DNA from: Geosiphon pyriformis uo1
Taxonomy: Eukaryota > Fungi > Glomeromycota
Length of the DNA: 64,000 nt
Reading direction: 5' to 3'
Assembly (NCBI GenBank): GCA_016748015.1
Contig: JAAOMT010000231.1
Location: 2,968 to 66,967, forward strand
Every line of letters begins with the position of its first letter. Position 1 is the stretch's first letter. Below are positions 1-14,780 of this stretch, in pieces. The position numbers were made by a program, and so were the translations under genes. Under the pieces are notes generated by a model that was given only the letters and a program-made list of their open reading frames with translations, searched no databases and was not told the DNA's origin.

Positions 1-748
1 GTATTTCAGTGTTTAATTAGAAAACAAGTTGATTATTAATTTTGTAATCCATTATAGATTTAAAACACAGCAAAAAAAGTCAGATGCACTTTTAAAATAT
101 TTTGAATATTAGCTTAATAAAAGATATAAGACTTTTAGTTAACACAAAAAATAATGATTAAACCAGATTAAATACAAAAAGCTTTAAAATACCTATAATT
201 TATCTTTAAAAATAAATTAATATCTATTATTATTATAACTTGAAAACTTCCAATTTTACAAACTTATTATAACTTATTAGCTATTGAATACACTAGAAAT
301 AATAAAGTTTTTGAATTAAATATCATAAACTTTTGGTAATTTCCATTAACAGATTTTTAAAAATTATCTTCAGTTTTGTAATATATTTGCAAGAGCAAAA
401 CATTTATTTTATGAACCATTACAATTATTTTTAGTATTTATTTGACAATTGCAATCAATTTTTATGAACATTGTTACAAATTTTAATGAATTAAATTTTA
501 CCTTAGTTATTGCTAATTTATTTATTAAAATTGCACCTATAATTTACTTTTTTGTTAATCTATAGCTTTAACAAGTTTACTAATCTCTGGATTATGTAAT
601 TATGGCTTAATATTAAATTTTTATTATAGCTGATTACCAAATAATCTACTCTAATAAAAATTCAAAGGGTTCTTTCAGATTATGCAACTTCGGATTAGCG
701 AGAGTGACCATGTTCGAATGATGACATAAAATCTTTAAATTATCAATT

Positions 749-869
749 NNNNNNNNNNNNNNNNNNNNNNNNNNNNNNNNNNNNNNNNNNNNNNNNNNNN
801 NNNNNNNNNNNNNNNNNNNNNNNNNNNNNNNNNNNNNNNNNNNNNNNNNNNNNNNNNNNNNNNNNNNNN
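749..869. other. Assembly gap (run of N)
   Basis: 121 consecutive N. Confidence 0.99.
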
Positions 870-943
870 CTTAATCATTCCTTAAAAGGCTAAGAATTTC
901 TTAAAATGCTAATAATAATCATTTATATCTAGAAAACAAACAA

Positions 944-2375
944 TTATAATCTAGCCAGAATTAGTTCTTTGAAAGCTGGAATATACTGATCCTCCTTGAT
1001 ATCATTAAAAGGTTTTAACATTAACTTCAAATTTCTACCCGCAATATCATAAATTTTGGGCTCCCAGTTAGAATAGTCATTTCTCAGTTTTAATAATGCG
1101 GGACCCAATTTTTCTGATTTGATAATCTTTTCGTCGGAAACAAGCCCACGCATAGCCCATGGGATATAGTTCTTATTTGCTGGTTGTTCAAAGTTATATT
1201 CATTGATTTTCGCCTCAACATTTTGATAGGTTTTTGAATTATACAGATGTTTTATGGCCGATCTAGTAAAAATAAAAGAAACACAACATTTATTTACGAA
1301 ATCTTTTGAATAAAGTTAAAAAGGTGAAAAATTTTCAACTCACGTGTAAACTTCATCTTCTGTGGTTATATGATTGTGTCCCTCATCCTTCAAATACCCC
1401 ATCAAAGAATCGCTGAGATGAACAAGAAGCCCATAATCGGTTAATGAATGATTTCGAAGTTGAATAAGAAGTTCAACTAACTCGACAGGAAACCGCTTTT
1501 CTTGATAGATGGTTGAACTAACAAAAAGACCACGCATGATTGATGGATGATCAATAGCCGAGTTGAGTGCAGAATGTAACTAAAATATGACAAAAATTGT
1601 TAATCAAACGGCAAAAAAGAACATCGCCGCTTCCTTTTGACAAAAAACATTTCGAATGAAACCACCATGCTAACTTACCGGCACAACTTCGTCATTTCCA
1701 GAAGCAAAATATAAAAATTTGATACCAAGTTTAAGAGCTTTTTTGTGTAGCAAGGGTTTAATGTTGGGAAATCAACGTTTTCGAGTTTTGAAAATCAAAC
1801 AATTCTTCACTTGCTGGATCTCGCACTAATCCTGCGATTCCTCTCAGCAAGTTATATTTTTGAGCGGGTCCATGAGAGATCCCGGCCAAAAGTAATACAC
1901 AAACACGTTGGCGTGATGGATCACTCAACTTTTCATCCAGTAAACGAGAGAGTAATAATACACTTGTAGGAACACCTTGGGAATGACCAACAATGAAAAC
2001 TGTCTTTGCATTCTTTATTTTCTGGCTCCAAATTGGAGTCGCCTTAATTTGATCTAAATATCGGTTGCTACGATCGTTACAGACCCCGTGACCATTTAAT
2101 GGAATATTGAATATATCACCTTGACCTGGTGCAAGACCTAATTCTTTTCTCAAATTAGCCTCAAGTTTTTCCCAAAAAGGTTGGGATTTCAAATTTTGTA
2201 CTGGCTGAAGAATTTCTGGGAGCCAGCCATGAACACCGATAATGGTGATTGGTTCTGATTTATCATAAAAGCTTTCTGATGGAACAAGAACTTTAGTTCC
2301 ATTGGAAGTATCTTCGTACTTTGGGAAAATCATATTTATTAAGAAAGAGAGATTTGATATGTTTTGGGAGCTCAA
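944..2375 (-). pseudogene. YML020W-like alpha/beta-hydrolase-fold gene, multi-exon, apparently disrupted
   Basis: Motifs IIGVHGWLP, IVGHSQG (nucleophile elbow), LLAGISHGP, ELFDFQ, FASGNDEVVP|LHSALNSAIDHPSIMR, LLVHLSDSLMG..GHNHI; GT-AG introns. In-frame TAA at 1758-1760 (SQH*TLATQK) is followed by one extra A in a 6-A run before ALKLGIKF. Confidence 0.7.
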
Positions 2376-5300
2376 ATTTTTTATGAATTAGCGTCTAATA
2401 GAAATCTGATTGGGATGTTGAATTTTTTAATGAACTTTGGTAGTTACAAGAGCTTCCTTTATATCATTTCAAAAACGCAAAGCCACCTCCCTGTTCTGAA
2501 TTTCGAAAAAAGAAATTACTTTCGCTAATATTTTTCAAAACATTGATAGCTTGCAACAGCGGCTGTAACATCTTTCGTTACAAAGAACTATAAACTACAG
2601 TGGTTTCCTTTTTTCAACAATCGGTTTGATTGCAATTGGTATTTTTCTGATTCATTTTCATGGGTATTTTTATTTTTCTTGTTTTCATTCAAATTGCTTT
2701 AAAGGGGCGACAATCAATTCCTGTTTTGAAATTTAATCCCCCGAGTTATCATGTGGAATCATTTTAAAAATCTTTACACAATGAATAAAAACTTCTGTAA
2801 TTGTTTTTCATGAGAAATTCAGTCTCGATTTCTTTTAAAACTCCGGTTACAAATCATAGGAATGAGGCGTGCTACATATACTGAAAAATATATTGCTTAT
2901 TATCTATTTTAGATTTTAGCTTATTTTCAAACTTATTATCTATCTATCTATCTCACTTTATTGAAAATTAATTAATGAAATCATACTGAATTCAAATAAG
3001 AATTTATAACCATTTTGAATATAGCTGCCATTCACGGGTAAATATGAACGGGGAATATCACTTTTTGAGATTAATGGTCCACTTAAAAGAGCATAATTCA
3101 ATATTCAGTAATATAAACAATACGTAATGACCTTTTGAGAACAGTTCCCCGATTAAAACTTGATATTTTGTGATGTTAATAATATTTTAGTGATCGCTTT
3201 TACATGGGATATCTTGAGAACAAAGGTGTTTCAATTTTTGAATTATTTTATTCGGATAAAAGCTTTAACTATTTAAGAATTTATTTATTGATGGATCATA
3301 GGTGCCACCTCCTACACGTGATATTATTCATACTGTTGTATGGTATTCATCTTTTCTTGTCTTTGTCGATCTTGATTATTATTATTATTATTGTGATTTT
3401 TTATTATCATTTGATAGAGATGCGTCAGCATCTCTATCAATCGAGTTGTTAAGCAGAATATGATTCTTGTAAGATATATCTCTCATAATAATATTGTCAC
3501 GCATTATTTTGCACACTCAGATTCCTGATCCCTTAACTATTACGCTGTTCCTATGATTCTGATTCTACCATACGCACAAGGAACCAAACACCTTTTCACT
3601 ACAGCAATCATAACCCTTTTGACCTCACAATCGAATAGCCCCATTAACATCTTAAGTGATTGCCAAAATATTTGTAAATTTTCACTAATTATCAAAACTT
3701 GAAAATGTTGAATTTAGAATTAACACTATGTAGATATTTTTACAACTTAATAATAAGAGTCAAATAATAAAATTCAAATTCAACAACATTCAAAATATTG
3801 ATTCAAATTTCAACTTATATATATATCAAAAGCAAGTTCCCAGAATATCTCAACCATAAAAAGTGCAGATGAAAACATAAAATATTACCTGAAATATGAA
3901 CTTTTTAAAAGTCATTTTACAATTTGATATATTAAATAGTTTTATTTTAGTATTTTATTGGCTAGCTATTAAGAAAATTGAGATTTTTTTTCGGGAATGG
4001 TTTAAATTACCAATAATTAATTTTTCATACGAAATATTATCTATTTAATTAATAAATTAGTTTTATTGTTTTTTAATATTCAAATAATTATTTTCAATGC
4101 ATTATTTCATTAAATTAAAATCGAGAAATTGGATTGATCAATTAGAAAATATTTTAAATAAATATATATATTTCTTTTTAAAAAACCACATTTTCTTGTT
4201 TTAAAATATTGAAATATTAAAAATTTTTAATATTCAAAAAAATAATGTTACATTTGATTATTAGGATAAAATTCTCAATTAGTAAGATTTGTCACTCTTA
4301 CCAAAAAAAATATAAATTATTAATTTAAATAAATTTTTTCATTTTTCAACTGACTGATTTCTTGTTTTATAAACCAGTTTAAGTCAAAAGGTTTTTTGGT
4401 AATTTTATTTTTTAAATTATGATTATTTAATATTTAAAAATAAAATAATAAATTGGCCAAAATAAAAAATTATTATTTATTTAAAATATCAAAAAGACAA
4501 AAAAATAAAACAACTAATCTGATTAAAGTTCTTAATACAATTATTTGTTTAAGTTGTTTTAATTTAGTTAATGAAAGATGCATTGTTTTATATTTTAAAA
4601 AATTATAATTGCTTATATTAATTTCAATTATTACAATAATTACAGAATTTTTCAAATCATTTTAAATTATAACTTTTAAATATAATATTATCTTTATTTT
4701 GTGTTTTTTTTTATATGTATTAATAAATATAAATTGTCTTGAACAATTTTTGAATATTTGATATTAGTTAAATGTTGCATAATTTTTTTTAATTTAGGCT
4801 TTGTTTTTAAATATAAAAATTTAACTATTGAATAATTTTTTTTGAAAAAGCTTCAATTTTTATTTTAAATATTTAAAATTACACATAACTTAATCATATG
4901 CAAGTTTTTAAAATATTAAAGCTAAAGTAAATAAATAATAAATGAATAAAAAAGTTTTAAAAAGTCATTTTTCAGTTATTTGCTGGCAGCAAAATACAAA
5001 ACCACAAACAATCTTCGACGAAACTTAGAATCTGGAAATTTGATATTCAAAAATTTCACTAACATCCATTTATAATTACAAGTTCAATTCTTTTTCTAGT
5101 TCAAGCTTATTGGATACTTTGAGTTGCTTGTTTTTGTCTAATAGAATTTTAGGATAAGTTGGCTTTCGATTGGATTAATCATTTGTTAATAAATTATTTT
5201 AATGTGTCGAAGATTGCCAGAAAATTATTCATGAGCTTTTAAAACTACAATTTATTTAAAAATTATTGAGTTCTAAGGTTGTTCAATAGAAAAGTAAAAG

Positions 5301-8300
5301 GTTAAAATTTGACCTTTACATTATCTGCAAAATAAACACCTGTTAATTGTTTTTATTTACTGAACAAATTTTCAAAAATAAAGAAAATTTTTATTTTATT
5401 TTATTATTACTTACCATATTTTAATGAATTTTTAATTTAAAATTTCAAAAAAAACTGAATTTCTAAATTTACATTAAACTTATACTATTAAAATGCCAAT
5501 GATTTTTTTTACTAATTTTACTAAGTGAGTTAAGTTTAATTTAGATTCAAAGTTTGTATTAAATATAACTTTTTTTAAAGTACCAGTTTTGATAATAGCA
5601 GTATTAAGAATTTTTTAAAACTTAAAAATAAGAATAATAATTAGATTTAAGTAATAAAAAAATAAAACATCTTTACTTATGTACTTAAACAATAATATTA
5701 TTAATTTTATAAGTTGTATAGTTAAAAAAATTTAATTAATTTAATATTAAAGTGTTTTGTAAGACAATTTTTTTTTTGGCTTAGAAGAAAAAAATTCAAA
5801 TACTATTTTTTATTAAAACTTATTAATAAACAAAAACAGTATTAACAAATTTATATTTTTAAAATAAACAATAACATATTATTATAAGTTAACAGATTTT
5901 TAACTTAATAAGAATAACTTTACTAAATATATTAAAAGTATATTTAGTATTATTATTAGAAATTTATTAGAAATTTATTAGAAATTTATTAGGAAAAAGA
6001 TTAAAAATACAATAACAATAAAAATAAAAACAAAGCTAAAAGCCATGACAATTTTGTAATTTTAAGTATAATAAAAATAGATTTAGCAAATACAATTTCG
6101 GTGATAATATTTCAAGGCTTCTTAAAATGCAAGCTTTATATAATAGGTATTTTAATGCTACTAAAACTATACAATAATTAGAATACAGATCTAATATAAG
6201 CTTAATTTAATTTTGTGAAAAATATTAAGTATTAAAGTAAAAACTGTTCATTCAAAAAAATTTAATTAGTAATTGTTTTTAAGTATTATTAAAACTGACA
6301 GCATTTCTAAAAAAATTACTTTAGTGTTTATTTTATGATTAAAAATTAATGCATGAATTAAAAATATTTTTGGATCGAAGGAGTAATTCTGTAAGATACA
6401 TATGGCTTTTAACAAGTAAAGATTAAGTTTTGCAAGATAGAAATTTTTATAATTATAAGGAAGACTTTTCTAACCGTTATATATGATATATTTTTATTTT
6501 ATTTTTTCCTTATTTGTACATAAATATTCGAAAAGCTAACATTGCAAACATAGTATGTATCTCTTTAATAAAAGGAATTTCACAAAATTCTAAACACTTG
6601 TGCATTAAAGTGTGAAAGAGTTTACCGAACATGAAGATATTTTATTTTACTTGTTAGTATCATAAATTACAAATATTACATATAAATTAACTATAAATGA
6701 TTCTAGTGATGGCACGTTTTTATACTTTAAAAGCTACTATAATATATACAATTATTTGACATCTTGGATTGATTCAACCTGAAAACTCAGAAATAACAGC
6801 AAGGTAAAATAATATTTGGAATCCATGTAGAAGTACTTTCATTTCATAATTATTCTCATGATTCTATCCTTATAATAGCTATTCTCTATATTAAAAAACT
6901 CAAATCACCTCCCTTTATCGTCCGAAGAAAAAATACAGCTATAACAATATATCTTATGATGAATGGCTCTCTGATTATCCTAAATATGAATGATGTAAAT
7001 TTCTAAAATTTATTTCCTTCTCGATTCCACATATAAGCTGTTATAATATTAAGTTATTGCAAACCATTTGCTTTTTAAAAATATTCCGAATTCATGCGTA
7101 TGCTATTTTCTTATGTCTATTTTAATTATCCTTTCGAGCCTCATATTGGCTGACCAACAATACAAATATCTCTTTGTGTCTTCTTTAGCTGCAAAAAGAT
7201 GTTCAGTTTCCGCCGCAAGAAAAGCAAAGTATGTTACAAGAGTTAAATAGCCTTAACATTAAAAAGAATTATAACATAGAGATACATTATTAATCCTTGA
7301 TAAAGCTCAAAACTAAAGAGATTGATAAAACATAACCTTCTTTTGAAACTGGATGAATACTATTCTATCTATATTTATTTTATATTGATTCTGACTCCAG
7401 TTTGAACTAATTCTTTCTCTAGAAATAAAAGTCACGAAATAAAAAATAAAAATAATAAAAAATAGAGAAGCTCAACTGTATTGAATATAATTATTCTTAA
7501 CTGAAATCATTAAATGTGTCCATCCACCATGTTTCATAAAATTCATATCTATATTCGAACGCAGAGATGAAAGCTTGTCAATTGCTTATCTTTCAGAATA
7601 TAAGATGCGCTCATTTACTTAATCCAATACTAAAAACTTTCAAAATAAGTTTTTGCATATTATGAACATTAAATCCTATAACGTCTTTAAATTCTTTGAA
7701 AATAATTTCAAGACATTAATTACATGATAATGTGTTGCAAAATAAGCCAGCATATCACTATTTTGGGCTTTTTTGTCAATTATTTCTTTGACTGTTTTAT
7801 TTGAAGGGATATATGTTAAAATATGATAGATATTTATGACAAGTATACTAATGAGGCTTTGCAAGGTACTCTTGTATGTGAAGTTTTGATTTTCATTCAT
7901 TCTATAATGGAAGAATTTTCAGATAATAACGCATAACGTAGTATGAGTAAGAGAGAGAGATTGAGCTAGTATAAACCCAAAAGGCCACCTAGAATTTAAT
8001 GCTTATGCAAATTTAAGACTGTAGAGTATAGTTGATAAATCATAAATTGCAATTCACGAGATTAAGTATAAGTAATTGAAATCAACAATAATATCTGCTA
8101 ATTTAATTATCAGAAAAATAAACAATGATGATCAGCTTATAAATCAATTATTTGATAAAAATCACAAATTCCAACACTTTGAATTAAAATATTGATTAAT
8201 CAATTATAAAGAGAGTTTCTTTAGCATTAAGGTTTGACTTTCATAATATGATATTATTTACCGCTTCAGAAATTAGTGTTAATATTTATATTTCAAAAAT

Positions 8301-11300
8301 TCGGATTATCAATTCTTTTAAACGGGTAATTAGAAATGAGCTTTAAAGTATGTTTTCAGAATTAAAAAATTTAATTTTGGCTGTTTTGAAAGTAAGTAAC
8401 GGAAACAAATACAATTTTTTTTTTAAACTATGTTTTAAATATTCTTACCTTTAATACTTGCTGCGAATTAAGTATTGGATAAAATTTAATTAGATAAAAC
8501 TTCTGTCTAAGAAATTTATTTTAAGCAAGCAAAAAATATAAAATGCTTAAGTCAAATTATTTTAATAGCAATATTTTTATTATCTTTTAAGAAATTTTAT
8601 AAAAATCAAGTTTAAATGTAAAGAGTATGATATTTTAAAAATATGTAAAAGATTTTATTAAATTTGAAATTTTTCTTATTCCATAAAATTATATCATACA
8701 CTTACTTTTAATCTTATAATCATAATAATAATCATAATAATCATAATAATAATAATAATAATACTTCTTTTTAATGAATAAACATTAGTAAACCTAAATG
8801 TGTATAATAAAATTTTATTAAATCAACAGTTTCGAACAAAATATTAATTAATATAATGTTATAGTAGAAAAAATAAAATAAAAATTCTATGATTTGATGA
8901 GTCTCATGTTGCTTTTATTTAAGATAGAAAATTGGGAATTTGAAATAGAGTGAAAAAAAGCTTACAATATCGAATATAGTGTAGTAAAGTTTGATTATTA
9001 TTGGTTTTTTTGTCATAATCGAAGAAATTATAAATTCAGAAGCCTACATTAATGATTTATTAAATTAATTTACACTTTATATTAACAAAATGATGCTAAT
9101 TATCAAACTTCTAATTATACTACTTGATGATTTTAGATTGGATAGCTCTTAGGAATCTAAACAGAAAACGTTTCATAATAAATAATTCGAAAAATTTAAT
9201 AGATTTTAATATCAAAAAACAGATAATATTAATTAGTATATAATACAAAAAGAATGGTTCCAAAATATTTTAGGCCTTTTTCACTAGATTTTTTACAAAA
9301 TGTCTTTTGTTTAGTCCATTTGTAAGCAACAAAGTTTATATCCAAAGAATAAAGTTCTGTATTAGCTGCTTTGCCTATACATTAAACACAAGTGTAGCAT
9401 TATCTACTGCTGCTTGTATAAGAAAATTGATTAGCGTGTCTTCATATGAAAATTATAAGATATCCCATATCTGATTCTGTGCAAATATAAAGTAAAATTA
9501 AAAAATGAGAGCAGTCTTAAACTTTAAAACTTTGTTTTTACTTTTTGGTTCCCCAATATAAAAAACTTGTTTTTGCATTGTACAAGGAAAAAGACCTTAA
9601 AAAATAATTTTTGATGGTGACACAAATTAGTCAATTCTAGAAAAAGTATTGGTGTATAGTATCAAATTTATTACAAGCGTTAATATTCTGTCTCATTACC
9701 TTATTTGAAAAGTGTTTTAATATGTGGTACCTTATTATATTTTCCCTTTTTAAAAATCTTCATTTCTAAAGATTTTATGCTGTTTGAAATATATTATATG
9801 AAAATAAAAATTTTTAATTACTGCTACCAGGTACCGTCAATTTAGATTGGAAACTTTGAATCCTGATACGTATAAATTAGAAAATTTTGGATTAAATAAA
9901 GTGGATTATTAGAAAACTAAAAATCTTATATAAAAGTTTCTATAATTTTATTCGCTTTTAGCATTAAAATCTTTTTTAAAAATATTTTATCAAATAATTT
10001 GAATATATGAATTCAAAAAAGATGTTTGATTCAAAATCGTTAGACTTCAATATCAACCATCACCTTGAAAAAGGTTGTTTATAACCTTTATGTCTTTAAA
10101 TATTTTAAACATTTCAAGTCATGACTTGATAGATGCAATTTAAGTGTATTTTTCATTTTATTTCTAATTCACTTACATAGATTTTGTACATTATACTATC
10201 TGTGAATCCAATATTTTTACGAAAAACTTTAATTTTTATGATATTTTATTAATTGAAAAATGAAATTCATTATATCAAAAAATATTTCTACTTTGTGGCA
10301 AGTGATACAAAACCAACCATTAAAACCAATATTTGAAAATGAATGATTCGTTAAAAATTTATTAACCTTCAGTCATACAGCTCTATCATAGAAGTTATTT
10401 TTAATAGTCATTAAAAATATTTTTACATAATTTATATTCTGAATAAAATAAATACATGTACATGTGTTTGCATTTTATAATCTATAATTATTTAAAATAT
10501 CTTTTAACTACACAATGACATATCATCAGATTGATTATTATTTTTTTGTGCGATAAAACGTACATGTATTTTTAATGGGTAAGTGATATAATTTTGTGAT
10601 TCTTTGATTTTCAAACCAACCACAATAATAAAAGAGGGTGATCTTTCGTAATTTTATACATGACTTTTTTAATATATACTGTACATATATATATAAATTT
10701 TTTAAACCACTTGACTATCAACAAGTATTTTTATAATCGCAAATTGTGGTTATAGAAACTCCAATGAAAAATTTTTTATATCAAATAACTTTAAAATTCT
10801 AAAAAAAGATAAGATAAACACATTTATTAAAACATTTTTTTGAATGGAAAATTAATCCGAACTGCTAAGAGTGTAAGTGCAAGTTTAAAATCTTGACTGG
10901 GAAATTTTCAATCTGAAAATTAGTAAAAGAACAATATATATCTCCAATTTATGAATTCCTATTGAAAATTAGGAAAAGAAAGAAAAGAGAGAAGCGAACA
11001 AACGTATGTTAATCAAATCCATAATTTTGAAAAATTCAAATCAAAAAATATTCGGCAAGCACTAAAAGTACTTGCCAAAAATCTTCGGGGATTATGAAAA
11101 ATCTTGGCGAAATATTTTCATTTTACAAAGCAAGGGCTCTATTTTTTTTGATTTTTTGACATTATAGACTATAAGAAATTTCCTTAAAGAAAAGTTGCAG
11201 CAAACAGCAAAATTATACTAGAAACAAACTACCAGTAACTTTGCGTATAATTAATGACCCAAAAAACGTTTTTGAAGGCATATGACATATATCAATAAAA

Positions 11301-12783
11301 GAAGAGATTAATTTCTTTATAAAGTTTTTCGAATACTTTGTTTAAAGAGCGTTTCTCGATTGGCAAATTACAAGAAAATAATGCAGAAAATCTTTGCTTT
11401 ATTGTTATCCGAGTTTTTTAGCTTTAAAACTGATAAAGTGTTTGTAATCATACACAATTATCCAAAGAATATTCTAATCTTTTTCGTTTAGGCACTCACT
11501 TTTTTTGAGTTTGTTACATCTGGTTCAAAACCAGCTGCCAAATGCAAAAGCGGTATGGATTATTTTTTAATTCATTATTATTATTATTATTATTAAAAAA
11601 ACAATATTTACAACCTGCAGCAACTGACAAATTTATGGTCAAAACGATGTTATGCATCATACAATTCTTGAAGTTTCCAGAAAGAACTCGTTACAAAAAT
11701 AATTTTTTTATCAAGTTAAAAAACTCAACTATATTTATACCCATTCCAATAATACCCAATAATAATTAATTTTTCCGAAAAATTTATGATTAGCTAATGT
11801 GTACAACAAACACGTCAATCTGTAGGGTCAATTAGCTTGCGTGATTCCAAATTCTGAATCGCTAAATATTAAAAATCCTTTCATAGTTCACGTATGACCC
11901 TATGTAATCTCTTGGAATTTCAAAAACGAGATGTCTCACAATAATATTAAAGATATAATGGCGCCAAAAGTTGGTACATGTAATTGAAAAATGTTCATAT
12001 TGTGCACTTTTATCCATTGTTGTACTAATTCTACTTTCATGATTTGCCAAAAATCAAAATGAAAATCTTACCATAAACGTCGATTGCTTTTTTTACTCCC
12101 TTTCTGTTATTTGATGTTGAATGATGTCAAAATTTTAATTAAGTTGACGATCTCGGATAGGTTCCCCCGACAAAAGAATAAGCTCGGTTTGGACTCTGGG
12201 CTTCCATAAATAGATAAAGAATCCAAGAAAGATGAGATCATAAATTCTGCACTATTTTGGTGGGATCAAGTGTACAAAACAACCCTTTGAGAAACATGCA
12301 ATAACTTTAAATTTCGCATTGTGACTCCAAAAGAAATTAAAGGTTACTTGAAGGAAAGAAGGCCACAAAGTGAGTTGGTCAATTTACCCAAGAATAGGAA
12401 TCAAAGAGTACAAATCAGGTCGTGTTGCATTCCATGTTTGTTAATAGATCTATGACTGACCTTTTTAGAGGCCGAATAACTTGTGGGAGTCTTTATACAA
12501 TCATGCTTCAAAAGGTGTTGTTACGCGAGAAAATGTCGCCGTGTACCAAGAAAACTTGATCGATTTTGGACAAAGTACATATTAGGTTAGTGATAATTTT
12601 ATCTCATACATAAGAAATCCATAAAACCATTTTGAAAGTTTTACGATTCTGCGTCTGTTAATGGATATTTGTCCATCCCGTTCGTTTCTTGGTCTTTTTT
12701 TTATAGAAACATAGTTGAAAGTTTAATGACCCTGCCAAGACTTCTTTAAATTTATGAGAAAACGGATTATTTACGAGATAAAA

Positions 12784-14780
12784 ATGACAAATTTCACGAA
12801 AAACCCACGAATCTTTAATTGTACGACAAAAAAGAGAAGCTTTCTTCTTCTATGTTTCATTTTATACTTCTTTTTGATCTTTATGAAGGTTGCTATTGCT
12901 GACACACCAATTCCACGACGGTGAGTCTCCAAGTCTTTATTTTCTTGACCTACCAATTCAAAATTAAAATCATTTCTGATATTTATATAGAAATCATGCA
13001 TCAATACTAATAAATAACAAGTAAGTTTGCTATTTTTAACCACTCAAGAAATCTTAGCTTTATCATGACATCTTTCACAATTTTTGTATACATTTCTCGT
13101 TACCACCCTCTGGGCGTTTTCTCTTGTTTCGTAGAATATACGTGTACGGTGGTCGACTAACAAAGACACCATACGTAGATGATAAATCGGTGGATACAAA
13201 CGAACTTTGGACCCTGGATATTTCTAAGCCTTTTACTACCGCTTCACCATCCTGGGTACAAGAGCCCTCGGAAAACGCCCCAATAGCATCTTACGAAACA
13301 GCCTCATTAGGTGGTGTCAACAATGATTTACTAGTAATTTATAATGGTGAAACCTCATTAAACCCGCCTCCCCCAGACGCTTTATCCTTTTTCAACACAA
13401 CGTCCAATGTATGGAACACCCCAAAATTAAATGCTACCACTACAGCATCAACCACGCGAAGACTTGATCATACAGCTGTCACAAATTTTAATGATTCTTC
13501 TATTTGGATTCTGGGTGGCTTAAAGTTCAACCCGAATAATTCATCTGATAAAATATATACCGATGATTTTTTTTCTATCACATTATCCGACGTGAATGGT
13601 ACAGATTCTTGGCAAGCAGTTGATAGGCAAAAGGCTCCGGATACTAGGGCAAGACATACGGCTACATTGTTGAAGAATGGGAAAATATATGTTATTGGAG
13701 GGATTAGTTCGAACGGTTTTGCTAGCATGTCTCAAATTAATGTTTATGATCTGAATTTGAATACTTGGTCGGTTCAGGTAACAAATCTGAAAGCTAAATA
13801 TTTGTTTAAATATTTCTTTTATTGAATCCACAAATTCTTTTTATTTGCAGTCATCACGAGGAAGTGTCCCAGGGCAACGTCAATATCATAGAGCAGTAGC
13901 AAGTATGTCAATAATATTCCTTCATTTTTATACAAGATAAACTTTTAACTCTTGAAACATTTCTGTTATGAAAGTTTCAGATACTAATATACTCATTTGG
14001 GGAGGAACAACTGATTATAAATACTATTTTAATGATTTATACATTCTGGACACAAGTGCTTCACCGTACAATTGGATACTTCAACCAACTCTTGGGAAGT
14101 TACCTGCCGGAAGAGCAGCACATTCAATGGTTATGGCTGGAACAAATCTTGTCATCAATTTTGGTAAGTGAAAAAAAAGGGGGTTGAAAAATATAATCAT
14201 TAAATATATCGCAATTTTGAATTCAATTTGATGATTTTAGGACTATACGTAAGTTTTTGTTTCCTCATATTCTGTGAATTCATGTCAAAATTTGAATGCT
14301 TATTTGAATTCGATTTTTGTAAACTCACAGGAAAATGCAACAGCTGATGGAGTGCCAAATACTTTGATACTTGATACAACATCGTTCACATGGACATCAG
14401 AATATACACCAATCAGATTAGAGCTGACTTCAACATCTTCTATTGCTCCCTCAAACAATACATCATACGACAACCCAGGTGTTTCAAATGGACCCCTTCC
14501 ATCCACGAACCCAAAAAAAAATACAACTGATTCAAACGCATATCAATCCTCATCAGCAAAGAATATTGGTGTCATTGTCGGTTCCACGGCGGGTAGCAGT
14601 ATATTGTTATTTTCTAGTATTGCAATATTTCTGTTGTATCGACAACGCAAAAAAAGATTTGGTCGTAGTGATCATGAGGTCGAAGGTCGGGTACGAGAAT
14701 CGTCATTCATATCTGTTAGAGATAAAAAGCGTCCGTCCATTTATTTGGAATCTGATACGAATAATCAAGTTGTCATTTAA
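12784..14780 (+). CDS. Kelch-repeat type I membrane protein (signal peptide, kelch propeller, S/T-rich stalk, single TM, short basic tail)
   Basis: Exon 1 MTNF..LLLCFILYFFLIFMKVAIADTPIPRR|gtgagt; 30-nt exon NHASILINNK; repeated kelch motifs IYVYGG, IWILGG, ARHTATL..IYVIGG, ILIWGG, GRAAHSM; TM segment IGVIVGSTAGSSILLFSSIAIFLLY then RQRKKR. Confidence 0.85.

Noticed and set aside
8717-8763. (ATA/ATC)n microsatellite; also an 11-bp tandem at about 5955-5992
   Set aside because: Ordinary simple repeats in AT-rich DNA.
4000-12700. Short ORFs and slightly GC-richer patches (for example 7068-7250, 7676-7900, 11542-12050)
   Set aside because: No motifs or consistent exon chain recognised; may be old pseudogene or TE debris but cannot be supported.
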